Below, in pieces: positions 18,462 through 29,562 of a DNA stretch of 64,000 bases (within the stretch, counting starts at the first letter, position 1; each line of letters opens with the position of its first letter). The notes under the pieces are model-generated. The model was given only the letters and a program-made list of their open reading frames with translations. It ran no database searches and was not told the DNA's origin. The translations under genes and the position numbers were made by a program. The stretch covers positions 5,728,001 through 5,792,000 of the forward strand of contig OZ244744.1 of NCBI GenBank assembly GCA_965219455.1, read 5' to 3'. The stretch is from Candidatus Latescibacterota bacterium. GTDB lineage: Bacteria; Latescibacterota; UBA2968; GCA-2709665.

Positions 18462-20309
18462 GTGAAAAAAACGGCGGTGGGCACTTTAAAAAAAATCAAG
18501 GACTGGGTCGCTGGGGGCGAACTCTCCGAAGCCGCCGGAAAGAACGCCGCGCTCTGGCTTACCGACCCCGGGTACGACGCTTCCGTCGAGCAAATCAATA
18601 ACCTTCTGCAGGCTGGAGACCTGGACGAACTCGAAGACGCATTTCGCGTGCGGATCGAATTCGGCACCGGCGGGATTAGAGGTGCCATGGGACCGGGCCC
18701 GAACCGCATCAACATGCGAACCGTGGGTGAAGCGGCCCAGGGAATTGCGCAATACGTCCTCAAATCCGGGGCCGATGCACCGCGTCGCGGCGTCGTAATC
18801 GCCTACGACACCAGACGCAATTCGAAAGACTTCGCCAACGAGGTTGCGGCCATTCTCGCCGGCAACGGTATCCACGCCAGTGTCTTTGAAACCTGCCGCT
18901 CCTCCCCGGAACTTTCCTTTGCAGTCCGGCTGACCAACGCTGTAGCCGGCGTGGTGATCAGTGCCAGCCACAACCCGCCTTGCGACAACGGCATCAAGGT
19001 GTACTGGTCCGACGGCGGCCAGGTCGTACCCCCTCACGACAGAAACATTATCGAGGAAATCAACTCGGTACGCGCCATCAGGAAGTGCGACTTCAATCGG
19101 GCGGTTGAACAGGGCCTCATTGGAATACTGGATAACACCGTCGACACGCCCTATCAACGGGAATTGGCCAACCTTTCGCTCAGCCCCGAACGCAACGTCC
19201 GTGTGGTATACACGCCGCTGCACGGCGTGGGTAACACGTCGATATTTCCGGTACTGAAAATCCTCGGCTACAGAGACCTGGAGGTTATCCCGTCGCAGGC
19301 GCAACCGGATGGCAACTTCCCCACGGTTCCGGGAGGCATAGCCAACCCCGAAGATCCCCGCGCGCTCGCTTTGGCCATTCAAAAAGCCGCCGAGATCGAC
19401 GCCGATTTGGTCATCGCGAGCGACCCGGACGCCGACCGGCTCGGTTGCGCCGTTCCTGTTTCCCGAACCGGATGGAACGCCCCCCCTGAGGATCTTGCAC
19501 TCAACGGCAATCAGATTGGCGTTGTTCTGTGCCACTACCTCTTACAGACAAAAAAAAACCGCCGGGAACTGCCTGGCGGTGGTATTGTCGCGAAAACAAT
19601 TGTCACAACCGACCTGATCTCCATCATCGCACGCGCCTTCGACGCCAGTGTCATAGACGACCTGCTGGTCGGCTTCAAATACATCGGCAGGATCATCGCC
19701 GATCTTCCGCCGGACGCCGAATTCCTGTTCGGAACCGAAGAAAGCCATGGCTATCTGGCCGGGTCGTTCACCAGAGACAAGGACGCTGCCGTCGCCGCCG
19801 TCCTCCTGTGCGAATGCGCCGCAGGCCTCAAAGCCCGCGGTCGCACGCTGCGAGAATACCTGGACGACATTTACGCGGAATATGGTTACTTCCGGGAGAT
19901 CCAGGAGTCCGTTTCCAGAACCGGAGCGCAGGGCAGCCGCGATATCGTCCACATTATGGAATCCCTACGGGCTCATCCACCCAGAAACGTCGGCAGCTGC
20001 GACGTCGTGGAAATCATCGACAGGAGGGCGGGGAAGGCACTGAACGTCCGGACGGGCGCCACCCGAACAATCGATGCCGCGAAGGGCGACGTCATCGCCT
20101 TTACCTTCACCCATGCCGGCCATACTCGCGTCACCGCCCGACCGTCAGGAACCGAACCCAAAATCAAGTACTACGTCTCCGCCGCATCGGTGGACCATCC
20201 CCACCTGTGCGGATCCAACCTGGAGGAGACGAAAAACGAAATCGACCGGCTTGCAGCACGGATTCTGAAGGGTATGGTGGACGAGGCCGAAGCGCGGCTC
20301 CTCGACTGA
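18462..20309 (+). CDS. Phosphoglucomutase/phosphomannomutase family protein
   Basis: FGTGGIRG, ISASHNP (phosphoserine), DPDADR (metal), GTEESHG, RPSGTEPKIK. Confidence 0.95.
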   Translation: MKKTAVGTLKKIKDWVAGGELSEAAGKNAALWLTDPGYDASVEQINNLLQAGDLDELEDAFRVRIEFGTGGIRGAMGPGPNRINMRTVGEAAQGIAQYVLKSGADAPRRGVVIAYDTRRNSKDFANEVAAILAGNGIHASVFETCRSSPELSFAVRLTNAVAGVVISASHNPPCDNGIKVYWSDGGQVVPPHDRNIIEEINSVRAIRKCDFNRAVEQGLIGILDNTVDTPYQRELANLSLSPERNVRVVYTPLHGVGNTSIFPVLKILGYRDLEVIPSQAQPDGNFPTVPGGIANPEDPRALALAIQKAAEIDADLVIASDPDADRLGCAVPVSRTGWNAPPEDLALNGNQIGVVLCHYLLQTKKNRRELPGGGIVAKTIVTTDLISIIARAFDASVIDDLLVGFKYIGRIIADLPPDAEFLFGTEESHGYLAGSFTRDKDAAVAAVLLCECAAGLKARGRTLREYLDDIYAEYGYFREIQESVSRTGAQGSRDIVHIMESLRAHPPRNVGSCDVVEIIDRRAGKALNVRTGATRTIDAAKGDVIAFTFTHAGHTRVTARPSGTEPKIKYYVSAASVDHPHLCGSNLEETKNEIDRLAARILKGMVDEAEARLLD

Positions 20310-20312
20310 ACA

Positions 20313-21383
20313 CTAAAAGATATCGCTCCACCAGTAAAACGGTCCTTCGCACTTCGGCAAAGATTCCATCCATCCCGACGTCGATTCATCCAAACCGACG
20401 ACGTCCTGACCGAATAACGCGCGCCAGAACGCACCCTCGGCCGCCGGCGCTGGCCCGCGCGGCGGGTCTCCGTTCAGTTTTTCCTTGAGTGTGCGCCAGT
20501 TGGTCCCCTTCAACATCATTTCATCGTGGCGGCTCCATGTTGCAATGGAACCGCAGACCTCTTCGAGCGCGCGCACCAAGCCGTGGCCCACGGGAAGACT
20601 GCCCTCCACCCGCGTCAATCCGTTCCGGCGGGCGCACCGGCAGATCAAGCGTGCCAGGTCGTCGAATACTTCCTCATGCACAGGCGCAACGCAACCTTCT
20701 TTCACCCAGATCCGATCCCCGGTTGCGTCGAAGGTCGCATAACCGCACAGATCCGCATCGTGCTCAACGCCCCACTGAGGGAAAACACCCCGTAATCGCG
20801 AGGGGCCGGCCGACCAGTACTCCCCTGGTCTCATTTCAGGACCGGTCAAGCGACTGGAACATTGCTCGTAAATCGCCATCACGGCATCCAGGTCGCGTAC
20901 AACATCCAGAGCCCTGACATGGGTAGGCTTGCGGTCAGTGGGCCCAGATTCCAGGTCGATGGCAAACGTCGGCAGCGGTATCGGTGTCCAACCCAGCGCC
21001 TCGTAGAACGGTGTTCCGATAATCGTGAAGAGGAGTCCGATGTCGTATCCGGCGTTCAGCATATACGCTTCAGTATTCCGCATCAGCGCACGCGCAAATC
21101 CCCTGCCCCGGTATTCCGGGTGGGTCAGCACGCTGCCGATACCGCCGGCGCGAATCACAGCCCCGCGCACGCGAATTGCCCGATCCCATACCCGCAAATG
21201 CGCCACAATTCGCCCGTCTTTCAGGAGAACTCGCGACTGATCCAGCCGGTAGCTCGGATCGTCCCGCACGTACGTCCGGTAACGTTCGAGCGCCCCGGCC
21301 CCCTCGTCCGGACGGAATACCAGCCGCTGGAGTTCCAACGTCTCCTCGATTTCGTCCTCACGGACGGCTCGAATCTCCATCAT
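20313..21383 (-). CDS. GNAT acetyltransferase (Eis-like)
   Basis: GGIGSVLTHPEYRGRGFA acetyl-CoA motif, FYEALGW. Confidence 0.85.
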   Translation of the reverse strand: MMEIRAVREDEIEETLELQRLVFRPDEGAGALERYRTYVRDDPSYRLDQSRVLLKDGRIVAHLRVWDRAIRVRGAVIRAGGIGSVLTHPEYRGRGFARALMRNTEAYMLNAGYDIGLLFTIIGTPFYEALGWTPIPLPTFAIDLESGPTDRKPTHVRALDVVRDLDAVMAIYEQCSSRLTGPEMRPGEYWSAGPSRLRGVFPQWGVEHDADLCGYATFDATGDRIWVKEGCVAPVHEEVFDDLARLICRCARRNGLTRVEGSLPVGHGLVRALEEVCGSIATWSRHDEMMLKGTNWRTLKEKLNGDPPRGPAPAAEGAFWRALFGQDVVGLDESTSGWMESLPKCEGPFYWWSDIF

Positions 21384-21447
21384 TACCCCGAAAAAAGGTC
21401 GCGCGCGGACGCGATGCGCCGCCCGGGCGGATTGCGTCCGTATCTAC

Positions 21448-22221
21448 TCAAACGGGCGCGAGCCAGCCGCCGTCCACCGGCAACGCCACCCCGGTAATCC
21501 ACTCCGCATCCGTGGATGCAAGAAAAACGCAGGCCCGGCCGATATCCCGGGGCAATCCGAACCGGGGAAGGGGCGTGCTGTCCAGGGCATCCTGGATCTG
21601 TTCCTCGGTCAAATAGTCCTGTATGGCGGTTTCGATATACCCCGGACAGACCGCATTTACCGTAACCCCTTCCGGCGCCACTTCCATCGCCAGATCGCGC
21701 GTGAGGTTGACCACGCCGGCTTTGGCGGGCGCATAGGCAGGACCCCCGCCACCGCCAAAAGAATGCACCGATGCGATATTGATAATTCTCCCGGCTTGAG
21801 ATCGTTTCAAATGAGGGATCGCGGCTTTGGAGGCGACGAATACGCCCCGTAAATTGACGCCCATCACCTGGTCCCACGCCTCCAGCGAAAGAGACTGGCT
21901 ATCCCCCGGAATATGTATCCCAGCGTTATTTACCAGAATGTCCAATCCGCCGAACGCGTCGACCGTCCGATTCACCAGCGCCCCAACCGCGTCGGCGTCG
22001 CCCATGTGGGTTTCGATAAACATGCCGTCGCCACCCAACCTTCGCACCTCCTCCAGGGTGGGTGGCCGGACCTCCTGCTCGTGATATTTACCCTGCTTAG
22101 GCGCCTCCTGTACATCGGCCACCACCACCCTCGCCCCCTCTCTTGCGAATTCCAGAGCGACGCCCCGGCCGATTCCCGAACTCCCACCCGTGACGACAGC
22201 CACCCGGTCTTTCAGCACCAT
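21448..22221 (-). CDS. Short-chain dehydrogenase/reductase
   Basis: TGGSSGIG, NNAG, YAPAK, PG.I.T, VDGG. Confidence 0.95.
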   Translation of the reverse strand: MVLKDRVAVVTGGSSGIGRGVALEFAREGARVVVADVQEAPKQGKYHEQEVRPPTLEEVRRLGGDGMFIETHMGDADAVGALVNRTVDAFGGLDILVNNAGIHIPGDSQSLSLEAWDQVMGVNLRGVFVASKAAIPHLKRSQAGRIINIASVHSFGGGGGPAYAPAKAGVVNLTRDLAMEVAPEGVTVNAVCPGYIETAIQDYLTEEQIQDALDSTPLPRFGLPRDIGRACVFLASTDAEWITGVALPVDGGWLAPV

Positions 22222-22331
22222 GAAGGACCTCCGTTTCTAACGATACACGCAATTCGACGCCCAGGGATAATTCACCATCGAACACCATTGCGACCTTGCG
22301 CAACGATCATCCACTATTTGCTTGCGGTCAT

Positions 22332-23834
22332 TCAACTGGACACCCAGATGGGGCTGGCCCAGGCCCACTGATTGTTCTCCTGCGCCACCCGGACGTAATA
22401 GAAATCGGTTTGGTACTCCGGTTCGTCGTCTTCAAACACCAGTGTCGCCTGCAACTGAGCCTCCGGTACCGCCCGGTGCACGAGCATCGCCTCGGATCGC
22501 CATCCCCTGATAAACTCGCTCCTCGATCCCGTAAGGAGGTCCGACAGAAGATAGCGATAGGTCGCGCCATTGAGACTGAATTCCAGCGAGGCGGAGCGTG
22601 GCGCATCCAGTTCCAGGATCAACGCGTTTGTCCCCCGCAAGTACGGATGCGCGTTGCCCCGGGTATGGGAAAACCAGGCCACATGCCGTTCATCCTGCGC
22701 CACAATGCCGTGAATCGGCTCCTCACCGGTTGCCGTAACGGCACCGTCCGCCGAGGGCGCAAGCACGGGGTCGCCGGTGAAACAGGGCTCCGCGGAAACC
22801 AGCCGTCCACGGGAAAGCCGAACCCTCGCATCCCACCGCACCCACTCCTCTTTGTCGCCCCAGCCCCATTCCACGCGGACCTTCGCCCGGACCGGGTCCG
22901 GTGGCGCCGCAACGGGCGCGGGCCCGAAAATCCGTTTCAGCGGCCGGTTGTTCTTCACCACCTCTATCCGATCCAGTGCGTCGGCTCCACTGACGGCCAC
23001 CCTGATTTCACGGGCGCCCGAAACGGTCGTCTCCTCCCCCATCACCGCATCGTTAATGGAAAATTGCAACCCGATGCGATCCCCCGTTACCGCATAACAG
23101 CGCCTGGCGCGGATCGCGTCCCAAATCGCCTGGCGCGTGAGTTCCGGCGCGTAGACGCCCGTTCTTCCCTCTCCGTAATGTCCGGGATATCCCCCGTGAT
23201 GATCCGTGCCTCCCAGAAATCCGAACCGGTGGCCGAGTTCCAGCCCGTATGCCAGCGTCCCCCGATATTGCCTGGGTCCCATTGTGTGGTACATCGGGTA
23301 TGGCCCGCCGTCCCGCTCCGACCCCCCATGGCCGGACAGAATCTCGACGGCCGGAGACCGCCGAGCGTCGAAATGGGACCAGTTTATCCCCCGGTAACCT
23401 TTGCCATAACCGATATGATGGGGATGAATCATAACTTCCTGCCCCTTGAGCGCTTCGTCCAGTTCCTCCAGGCTATCGCGCTCCACAATCTTGCCGCCAT
23501 CCTCCAGGTAGTACACGTTGTGGTCGCCGTAAGCGCACGAGTGCCACTCATAACCCAGAAACGTGACGAACCGCCCCGGCTGATTATACCGATTCACCGT
23601 TTCCTGCACGTGCTTCCAGTTTCGCTTCAGCGTGGCAAATCCCTCTCTATGGTAGTCGATGATGAATCCGTGACGATCCCGATCGACCGGCATGTCGTGC
23701 CACGTTGCATGCCCCACCACCGAACAGAAATCCAGATGCTCGCGCCCCAGTCTGAAGGCCCGGTCCAGACTGCCGTAACCATAGCTGATCGCACAATGCG
23801 TATGCAGGTCTCCCCAGAACAGCGAATCGTCCAT
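22332..23834 (-). CDS. DUF3604/PHP-like metallohydrolase
   Basis: WGDLHTH, FLGYEW, HPHH, GGTDHH, RRCYAVTG, YYVRV.Q...AWASPIW. Confidence 0.75.
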   Translation of the reverse strand: MDDSLFWGDLHTHCAISYGYGSLDRAFRLGREHLDFCSVVGHATWHDMPVDRDRHGFIIDYHREGFATLKRNWKHVQETVNRYNQPGRFVTFLGYEWHSCAYGDHNVYYLEDGGKIVERDSLEELDEALKGQEVMIHPHHIGYGKGYRGINWSHFDARRSPAVEILSGHGGSERDGGPYPMYHTMGPRQYRGTLAYGLELGHRFGFLGGTDHHGGYPGHYGEGRTGVYAPELTRQAIWDAIRARRCYAVTGDRIGLQFSINDAVMGEETTVSGAREIRVAVSGADALDRIEVVKNNRPLKRIFGPAPVAAPPDPVRAKVRVEWGWGDKEEWVRWDARVRLSRGRLVSAEPCFTGDPVLAPSADGAVTATGEEPIHGIVAQDERHVAWFSHTRGNAHPYLRGTNALILELDAPRSASLEFSLNGATYRYLLSDLLTGSRSEFIRGWRSEAMLVHRAVPEAQLQATLVFEDDEPEYQTDFYYVRVAQENNQWAWASPIWVSS

Positions 23835-23923
23835 CGGTTACTCACCCGCGCTTTCGTGGCGGCTCCCGCCTCGATAGGATCGGCGGAAAAATGGCTCTCG
23901 TCACATTCGTCGATATCGTGGCG

Positions 23924-25123
23924 TTACGCCGCCTGCAACACCGCGGCGATCGATTCGCAGAGATAGTCCACGTTCGCAGCCGTGATGCCAGCCACGTTAA
24001 TCCGCCCCGAACCCACCATGTAGATTGAAAATTCCTCTCGAAGGGCATCCACCTGTTCGCTATTCAAGCCCGAGAACGAGAACATCCCCTGCTGCCGGGC
24101 GATGAAGGAAAAATCGCGACGAACACCCTTCCGTTCCAGGGTATCCACAAATAGAGAACGCATGCGGTTGATCCGGTTCCGCATCTCCTTCACCTCGCCC
24201 TCCCATTGGCTGCGAAGACCGGAATCGTTCAGCACCTCCGTGACGATGGCCGCGCCATGGGCCGGAGGATTCGAATAGTTGGCCCGGATGCAGATCATCA
24301 CCTGGCTCATCAACGCCCTTGCCGCCTCAGGAGACGACGCCACGAGGGTCAACGCGCCGACCCGCTCGTTATAAAGGCCGAAGTTCTTTGAAAACGAACT
24401 GGACACCATCAACTCGGCGCCCGACAGGCACAGCGCCCTCAATCCCTGCCTATCCTGCTCGAGCCCATGCCCCAGCCCCTGGTAGGCGAGGTCGACAAGC
24501 GGGATCCAACCGCGAGCGCCGGCCACGTCCGCAATCTGCGTCCACTGTTCGGGCGCGGGATCGATACCCGTCGGGTTGTGACAACAGCCGTGCAACAGTA
24601 CGACATCTCCCTCCGGAACTGCGCTCAGGGCATCGAGCATGGCGGGGAAATCCAGATCGTTTGACTCCTTTTCGAAATAAGGATACGTCTCGATGGCGAC
24701 CCCTGCGTGTCTGTAAACATTGGGATGATTCGCCCAGGTCGGATCGCTCAGCCAGATCCTGGCGTTCGGAAACAGCTTGTGAACGAAATCACCGGCAACC
24801 CGCAATCCCCCGGTTCCACCGGGAACATGTACGGTTGCCGCCCGTTTGCCGGTAACGATTTCATGACCTGGGCCGAACAACAGGGCCTGTACTGCTGCCG
24901 CATATTCCGGCCCGCCCGAAATCGGCAGATAGTCCTTTGTGGTCTGCTGTTCGAGGATCCGGGCTTCCGCGTTTTGCACCGACTTGAAAACGGGCGTGTT
25001 GCCATCGCCGTCTTTATAGACACCGACGCCGAGATTGATTCGGTTGGGATTGGTATCTGCACTATATACCGCGGTCAATCCCAGAATCGGATCTGCGGGC
25101 GCAACCTCCAACGCTTCGAACAT
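23924..25123 (-). CDS. aspC: Aspartate/aromatic amino acid aminotransferase
   Basis: APADPILGL, NLGVGVYKD, LHGCCHNPTG, DLAYQG, SFSKNFGLYNERVG, SGRINVAG. Confidence 0.93.
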   Translation of the reverse strand: MFEALEVAPADPILGLTAVYSADTNPNRINLGVGVYKDGDGNTPVFKSVQNAEARILEQQTTKDYLPISGGPEYAAAVQALLFGPGHEIVTGKRAATVHVPGGTGGLRVAGDFVHKLFPNARIWLSDPTWANHPNVYRHAGVAIETYPYFEKESNDLDFPAMLDALSAVPEGDVVLLHGCCHNPTGIDPAPEQWTQIADVAGARGWIPLVDLAYQGLGHGLEQDRQGLRALCLSGAELMVSSSFSKNFGLYNERVGALTLVASSPEAARALMSQVMICIRANYSNPPAHGAAIVTEVLNDSGLRSQWEGEVKEMRNRINRMRSLFVDTLERKGVRRDFSFIARQQGMFSFSGLNSEQVDALREEFSIYMVGSGRINVAGITAANVDYLCESIAAVLQAA

Positions 25124-25265
25124 TACGTTTCCTCTCTCTGTTTTCACTACTCATGTGACGAAGAACCCCCTTCTCGCTTGACCTGAGGAGAATGATGACC
25201 GCAGCCCTGGCACCGCGGCGTGGGCGAAAAAACTGGCAACGGCCGGCGTGATCCACGTCTCATTC

Positions 25266-26891
25266 TCACATTGCCGCCATCGCCATTCCCGGTGAACCGG
25301 GATCCGCCCCGCCGTCGAGGGCTCCCGTTGACGGATCGAGAATAATGCCATGCACCGACGCAATACCACCGTAGCCGTCCAGCAGGGAATGAATTCCGTG
25401 GCCCATCCCACGCACGCCTTCACATACGGAAGGCGCAATTCTGGAGTGGGCGACGATCACGTCACTCTGGCAATCAAACCGGGGGGCCGCGATGGCCTCG
25501 GTCGCCGTCATTCCCTGGTCGATCACGTTCAGAATGGCGTGGAGAATCCCGGTCACAATCCGTGTACCCCCGGGCGCGCCCACACTGAAGAAGGGGTCGT
25601 CACCCATTTTCACCAGTGTCGGCGCCATTCCCGTTGTTCTTGATTTGCCCGGTTCGATGGAATTCACCTGCCCGGGCACGGGGTTGAAACAATTCATACA
25701 GTTATTGTACATGAACCCCAATCCCGGGGCAATCACATCCGAACCCGAACCCAGCGAGTGCGTCAGGCCCACAACGTTGCGCCAACTGTCCACAACGGAG
25801 ATATGCGTGGTACACGGCGGCTCCGGCGGATGCCATCGAGGGATGGTGATTTTCTCCCGGGCGTCGATGCGCCGCCGCCACGCCGCCGCGCGTTTCTCGC
25901 ACAGCAAGTCGTCAACCGGCACGTCCACGAATGCGGGGTCCCCAATCAGATTCGCCCGGTCCGTCCAGGCGGCCTTCATCGCCATCGATACAGTGTACAC
26001 GTACTCCGGCGACAGGTATTCCATATCCGCCAGATTGTAACCCTCAAGGATCTTGAGCATCTGCAGAATGGTCAGCCCCCCTCCGGGAGGCTGGTTGGAG
26101 GCGACGGTATATTCCCGATACCGTGAATGCAGTGGCCGGGTAACCGTCACCTCGTAACGTTCAAGATCTTCCAGCGTCACGAATCCGCCGCCCTTTTCCA
26201 TATCCTCGGCGATTGCCATGGCCACGTCCCCGCGATAGAAAACTTCGGCGCCGCCTTCGGCCAGAATTGAGAATGTCCTGGCCATTTCCGGGTTGGCGAT
26301 CAACTCACCCCCGCCCTCGTAGGGCGACGTCGCCACTGTTTGCCACGGAGTCGACTCAGGAGTCGGTATCCGTTTCCAGGACGCCGCCCCCGCGCGGGTC
26401 ACCTCGAATCCGTCCGTTGCAACCGCGATGCCCGGTTGGAGAGCCTCCCGCCACGGCAAGGTCCCGAAATCCGTCTGGGCTTTGTAAAGGCCGGCCACCG
26501 TACCGGGTGTCGTTACCGCGCCATAGCCGTGTTCGTTGACGTGCCCCCTGAGCGTGTATCCGTACCCCGAGGCGTTCTCGCTGATGATGTCTTGCTCCCA
26601 CATATCGGAACGGACCCGTGCGCCGGCTTTCCCGTGGAAATCCAGAATCGTATCTGTTTCCCGGGTATGAATGTACATCATGCCGAAGCCGCCGACTCCA
26701 CAGCTGCGCGGCGTCGTCACCATCTGAACAAATGCCGCCGCTACGGCCGCGTCAACGGCATTCCCTCCATCGGCCAGCACCTTAACGCCGGCGTCTACCG
26801 CCAACGGCTGGGGCGCGGTAACCATGCCTTTCACGAGATTTCCTTTCGATTGCAGGGGCGAAAATTCACATTGGTGAAGAAGTCCGGTCAC
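25266..26891 (-). CDS. ggt: Gamma-glutamyltransferase family (Ntn hydrolase)
   Basis: GGNAVDAAVAAA, TPGTVAG, CTTHISVVD autocleavage Thr, GAPGG, GGADP. Confidence 0.92.
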   Translation of the reverse strand: MTGLLHQCEFSPLQSKGNLVKGMVTAPQPLAVDAGVKVLADGGNAVDAAVAAAFVQMVTTPRSCGVGGFGMMYIHTRETDTILDFHGKAGARVRSDMWEQDIISENASGYGYTLRGHVNEHGYGAVTTPGTVAGLYKAQTDFGTLPWREALQPGIAVATDGFEVTRAGAASWKRIPTPESTPWQTVATSPYEGGGELIANPEMARTFSILAEGGAEVFYRGDVAMAIAEDMEKGGGFVTLEDLERYEVTVTRPLHSRYREYTVASNQPPGGGLTILQMLKILEGYNLADMEYLSPEYVYTVSMAMKAAWTDRANLIGDPAFVDVPVDDLLCEKRAAAWRRRIDAREKITIPRWHPPEPPCTTHISVVDSWRNVVGLTHSLGSGSDVIAPGLGFMYNNCMNCFNPVPGQVNSIEPGKSRTTGMAPTLVKMGDDPFFSVGAPGGTRIVTGILHAILNVIDQGMTATEAIAAPRFDCQSDVIVAHSRIAPSVCEGVRGMGHGIHSLLDGYGGIASVHGIILDPSTGALDGGADPGSPGMAMAAM

Positions 26892-27062
26892 GCGTGTCTA
26901 TCGGTCGGTTTGTGCGACACGTGGATCGAGCGCTTCCAATTCCGGTCCAGCGACGGCTACCGGAAGCACAGGAAGCGCTGGCAAAGCTTACGGCGGGATA
27001 TTATATTCCCACTCCGTTGTAAAAGCAAGAGCAAACCCAAACCAACGACGGAGGCAACCCCC

Positions 27063-27884
27063 ATGGAAATCTCACTCGCGGGCTGGAGCATTCAACGGCG
27101 GTTCAGGAATTCCGATAACCCCCTGCGTCTCCTTGACTTTCCAGCTCTTGCCGTCGAAGAATTCGACATTCGTCTCCTGGAACTCAACAGCCCTTTCTTT
27201 GTTTACGCCGATCCGGACAGCCCCGCGACCAGTCGTCTGGCCGATGGATATCTTGTCGAACTGCGTCGACGCGCGGAGGATTCGGGCGTACGGTTGCTGA
27301 ACATCGCGGTGGACAGCCACGGCGACCTTTCCTGCCCGAACGAAAAGGAACGAAAACGAGCCGTAGAGAATCACAAAAAATGGATCGATGCATGCCTGGC
27401 GCTGGGTTGCAACGCGTTTCGCGCCAACACCGGCCCGGGTCGGGGCGAACCCGTCAACGAAACACATATGGAACAGTGTATCAACAGCTTTGGCGAACTC
27501 TCGGAACTTTGCGCCCCGGCGGGCATCCGACTGCTGATGGAGAATCACGGAGGCGTATCGGTATCGGCGGCCAACGTCCTGCGGATCATGGACGCGGTCG
27601 GAAGCGACCACTGCCGCGTACTTGCCGATTTCCTCAACTGGCCGGCCGAAGACGACAAGCTGGAAAACCTCAGAAGGGTCGCCCCGTACGCCTGGGCGAC
27701 CCACGCGAAATTTCTCAGCTTCGCGGCGGACGGGGAATCAAAGGAAATCGACTGCGCCGCTGCCCTCCGCATCCTCAGGGAGGCGGGTTACAACAACCCC
27801 TGCGGTATCGAATACGAGGGCAAAACCGACGATCACGAGGGTGTACTCAAGAGCAAGGCACTTCTCGAAAAACACGCCTGGTAG
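27063..27884 (+). CDS. Sugar phosphate isomerase/epimerase (xylose isomerase-like TIM barrel)
   Basis: MEISLAGWS after GGAGG; LMENHGG, DFLNW, THAK, GIEYEG metal motifs. Confidence 0.88.
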   Translation: MEISLAGWSIQRRFRNSDNPLRLLDFPALAVEEFDIRLLELNSPFFVYADPDSPATSRLADGYLVELRRRAEDSGVRLLNIAVDSHGDLSCPNEKERKRAVENHKKWIDACLALGCNAFRANTGPGRGEPVNETHMEQCINSFGELSELCAPAGIRLLMENHGGVSVSAANVLRIMDAVGSDHCRVLADFLNWPAEDDKLENLRRVAPYAWATHAKFLSFAADGESKEIDCAAALRILREAGYNNPCGIEYEGKTDDHEGVLKSKALLEKHAW

Positions 27885-27970
27885 ATCGTCTGCGGGGCCG
27901 ACTGCAAGAACGAAATGGCCTGGAAATCGGCCGATCTTTTCCAGCGAGTTCCTCAGCGGAGCTCACGGAA

Positions 27971-29521
27971 TCAACCGGAGGACGTGAATTGAAACGCATA
28001 CAGCTTGCAGTCGCGCATGACAAAACGTATCCTGATCGGCCTCCCCGACAACTCGCCGACCTTCGTCCTCTCTCCCCACCGCACGGGCATCCGTACGGAG
28101 TTGCCGCACAAAAATGAGGCGTCCGATTCGGTATAATTCGTTAACGGCCGACCCTGATGATCCTGCAACTCCACCTTCACCGAGCCTCCCCCGCCGGTAT
28201 CCAGGTTCAATTCCAGTTGCGCCCCCTCAAATCGAATTGCCGGCGTGACAAGTTCGCCGCCTCCGTAGTCGGCGTCCGCTGATACGAATCCATCCAACCG
28301 CATCACGGCACGGCCGATACCGCTGAGATGCCTTCCGGCCGACGGATCCACAACGCCGTCGTGATCCCTGTTTGTACCGCTGTAGTAAATCCACAACTCG
28401 TCCCCCATCGGTACGGGACTCGGCGTCGCCCATACCATGCGGGAAGAGAAACTCCCCTCCTTGCCGGGCGTCAGGAAGGCCTTGCGCCCGCCGCATCGCT
28501 GAAAGTTGACGCCGTCCCGGCTTACGGACAGCCGGGCGTCGAAGCGGCTGGGACCATAGATATTCTGGGTCTCTTCACGCGCAACGCCCATATCATCGCG
28601 CATGACGGTGACAATCGGCTCGCGGTCGTACCAATACCAGTTTGCGTTGGCCAGCATGACGTACACACCCTCGGGGTCCGGATATTTGAAGACCGAAGCG
28701 CCGTAGTAGTCGACCGGTACCCGACCGTAAGGGCGTTCCGGTCCCTCAGGTCGAAGGGGAAAGGGCGTCTCATAGGTGTCCATATCCACGTCGTCGGGTC
28801 GCATTACAATTCGCTGATTGCCCCATTCAAGCAGGTCGTCGGACTCCAGCCTGCGCACCGTCCGGTAGTTTATGTTTCCTCCGGCGGTCCCGTGCCGCTT
28901 TGCAAACCAGTGTCGGGTATACATGACGTAGCGCCTGACCGGCGGATCCCAGAAGACGATGGTTTGCGTATCCCACCCGCCGCGACTGAGCTCGACGTCG
29001 CGCAGCAACTTCCAGTGAATCCCGTCGGGCGACCCGTGCATGTGCAGATGCCCCCATACCTCGGGCGGCGAGTAGACTTTCGCCTGGTTCTTGTAGCGGA
29101 CCTCGGGCGGTGCGTGAGGATCGATCCACACGGAACTTCCCCCGATATCGCCGGGGATGACAACGTTATTCTGCGTTGTTCCGTTGGACTCAAACAGATC
29201 CAGGACCGGCTTGGTGAAATGGACGCCATCGTCGGACTCGGCGTAGGCCACGTGGGCTTCGTCCTTACCGGACCGGTAGTCGCCGATGCGAACGTGATAC
29301 CAGGCGCGTATCCTTCCGTCTGCGTCCTTTAAAATGCTGCTGTAAATTCCGTAACTCGCTCCAGGCCGCCGTTCCCAGGTCTGATCCGGCATCAGTACCG
29401 GTTCGTCCGCCTGATACGGCGGGTTCATCACCAAGTCGACACCTGCACTGGACGCAACGAACTTCGAATCCACGAACAACTGCTTTCCGGATCCCACTTC
29501 GATAATTTCATTCTGCATCAT
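27971..29521 (-). CDS. Hypothetical beta-propeller protein (GH32/43/130-like)
   Basis: QLFVD, YAESDDGVHF, SPDGIHW and SRDGVNF Asp-box-like repeats, WDTQ, LWIYYSG, MRLDGFVS. Confidence 0.65.
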   Translation of the reverse strand: MMQNEIIEVGSGKQLFVDSKFVASSAGVDLVMNPPYQADEPVLMPDQTWERRPGASYGIYSSILKDADGRIRAWYHVRIGDYRSGKDEAHVAYAESDDGVHFTKPVLDLFESNGTTQNNVVIPGDIGGSSVWIDPHAPPEVRYKNQAKVYSPPEVWGHLHMHGSPDGIHWKLLRDVELSRGGWDTQTIVFWDPPVRRYVMYTRHWFAKRHGTAGGNINYRTVRRLESDDLLEWGNQRIVMRPDDVDMDTYETPFPLRPEGPERPYGRVPVDYYGASVFKYPDPEGVYVMLANANWYWYDREPIVTVMRDDMGVAREETQNIYGPSRFDARLSVSRDGVNFQRCGGRKAFLTPGKEGSFSSRMVWATPSPVPMGDELWIYYSGTNRDHDGVVDPSAGRHLSGIGRAVMRLDGFVSADADYGGGELVTPAIRFEGAQLELNLDTGGGGSVKVELQDHQGRPLTNYTESDASFLCGNSVRMPVRWGERTKVGELSGRPIRIRFVMRDCKLYAFQFTSSG

Positions 29522-29562
29522 TCGGGCATCCCCTCTTTTGTGCCGAGACCGCGGTTGTGTGG

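Noticed and set aside
20313-21383. GNAT as self-resistance enzyme for the radical SAM/ATP-grasp product
   Set aside because: Separated by unrelated genes, Eis-like rather than PAT-like, and apparently in an operon with the SDR
26340-27062. N-terminal extension of the 514-aa ORF
   Set aside because: Overlaps ggt antisense; the real start is ATG 27063 with a GGAGG site
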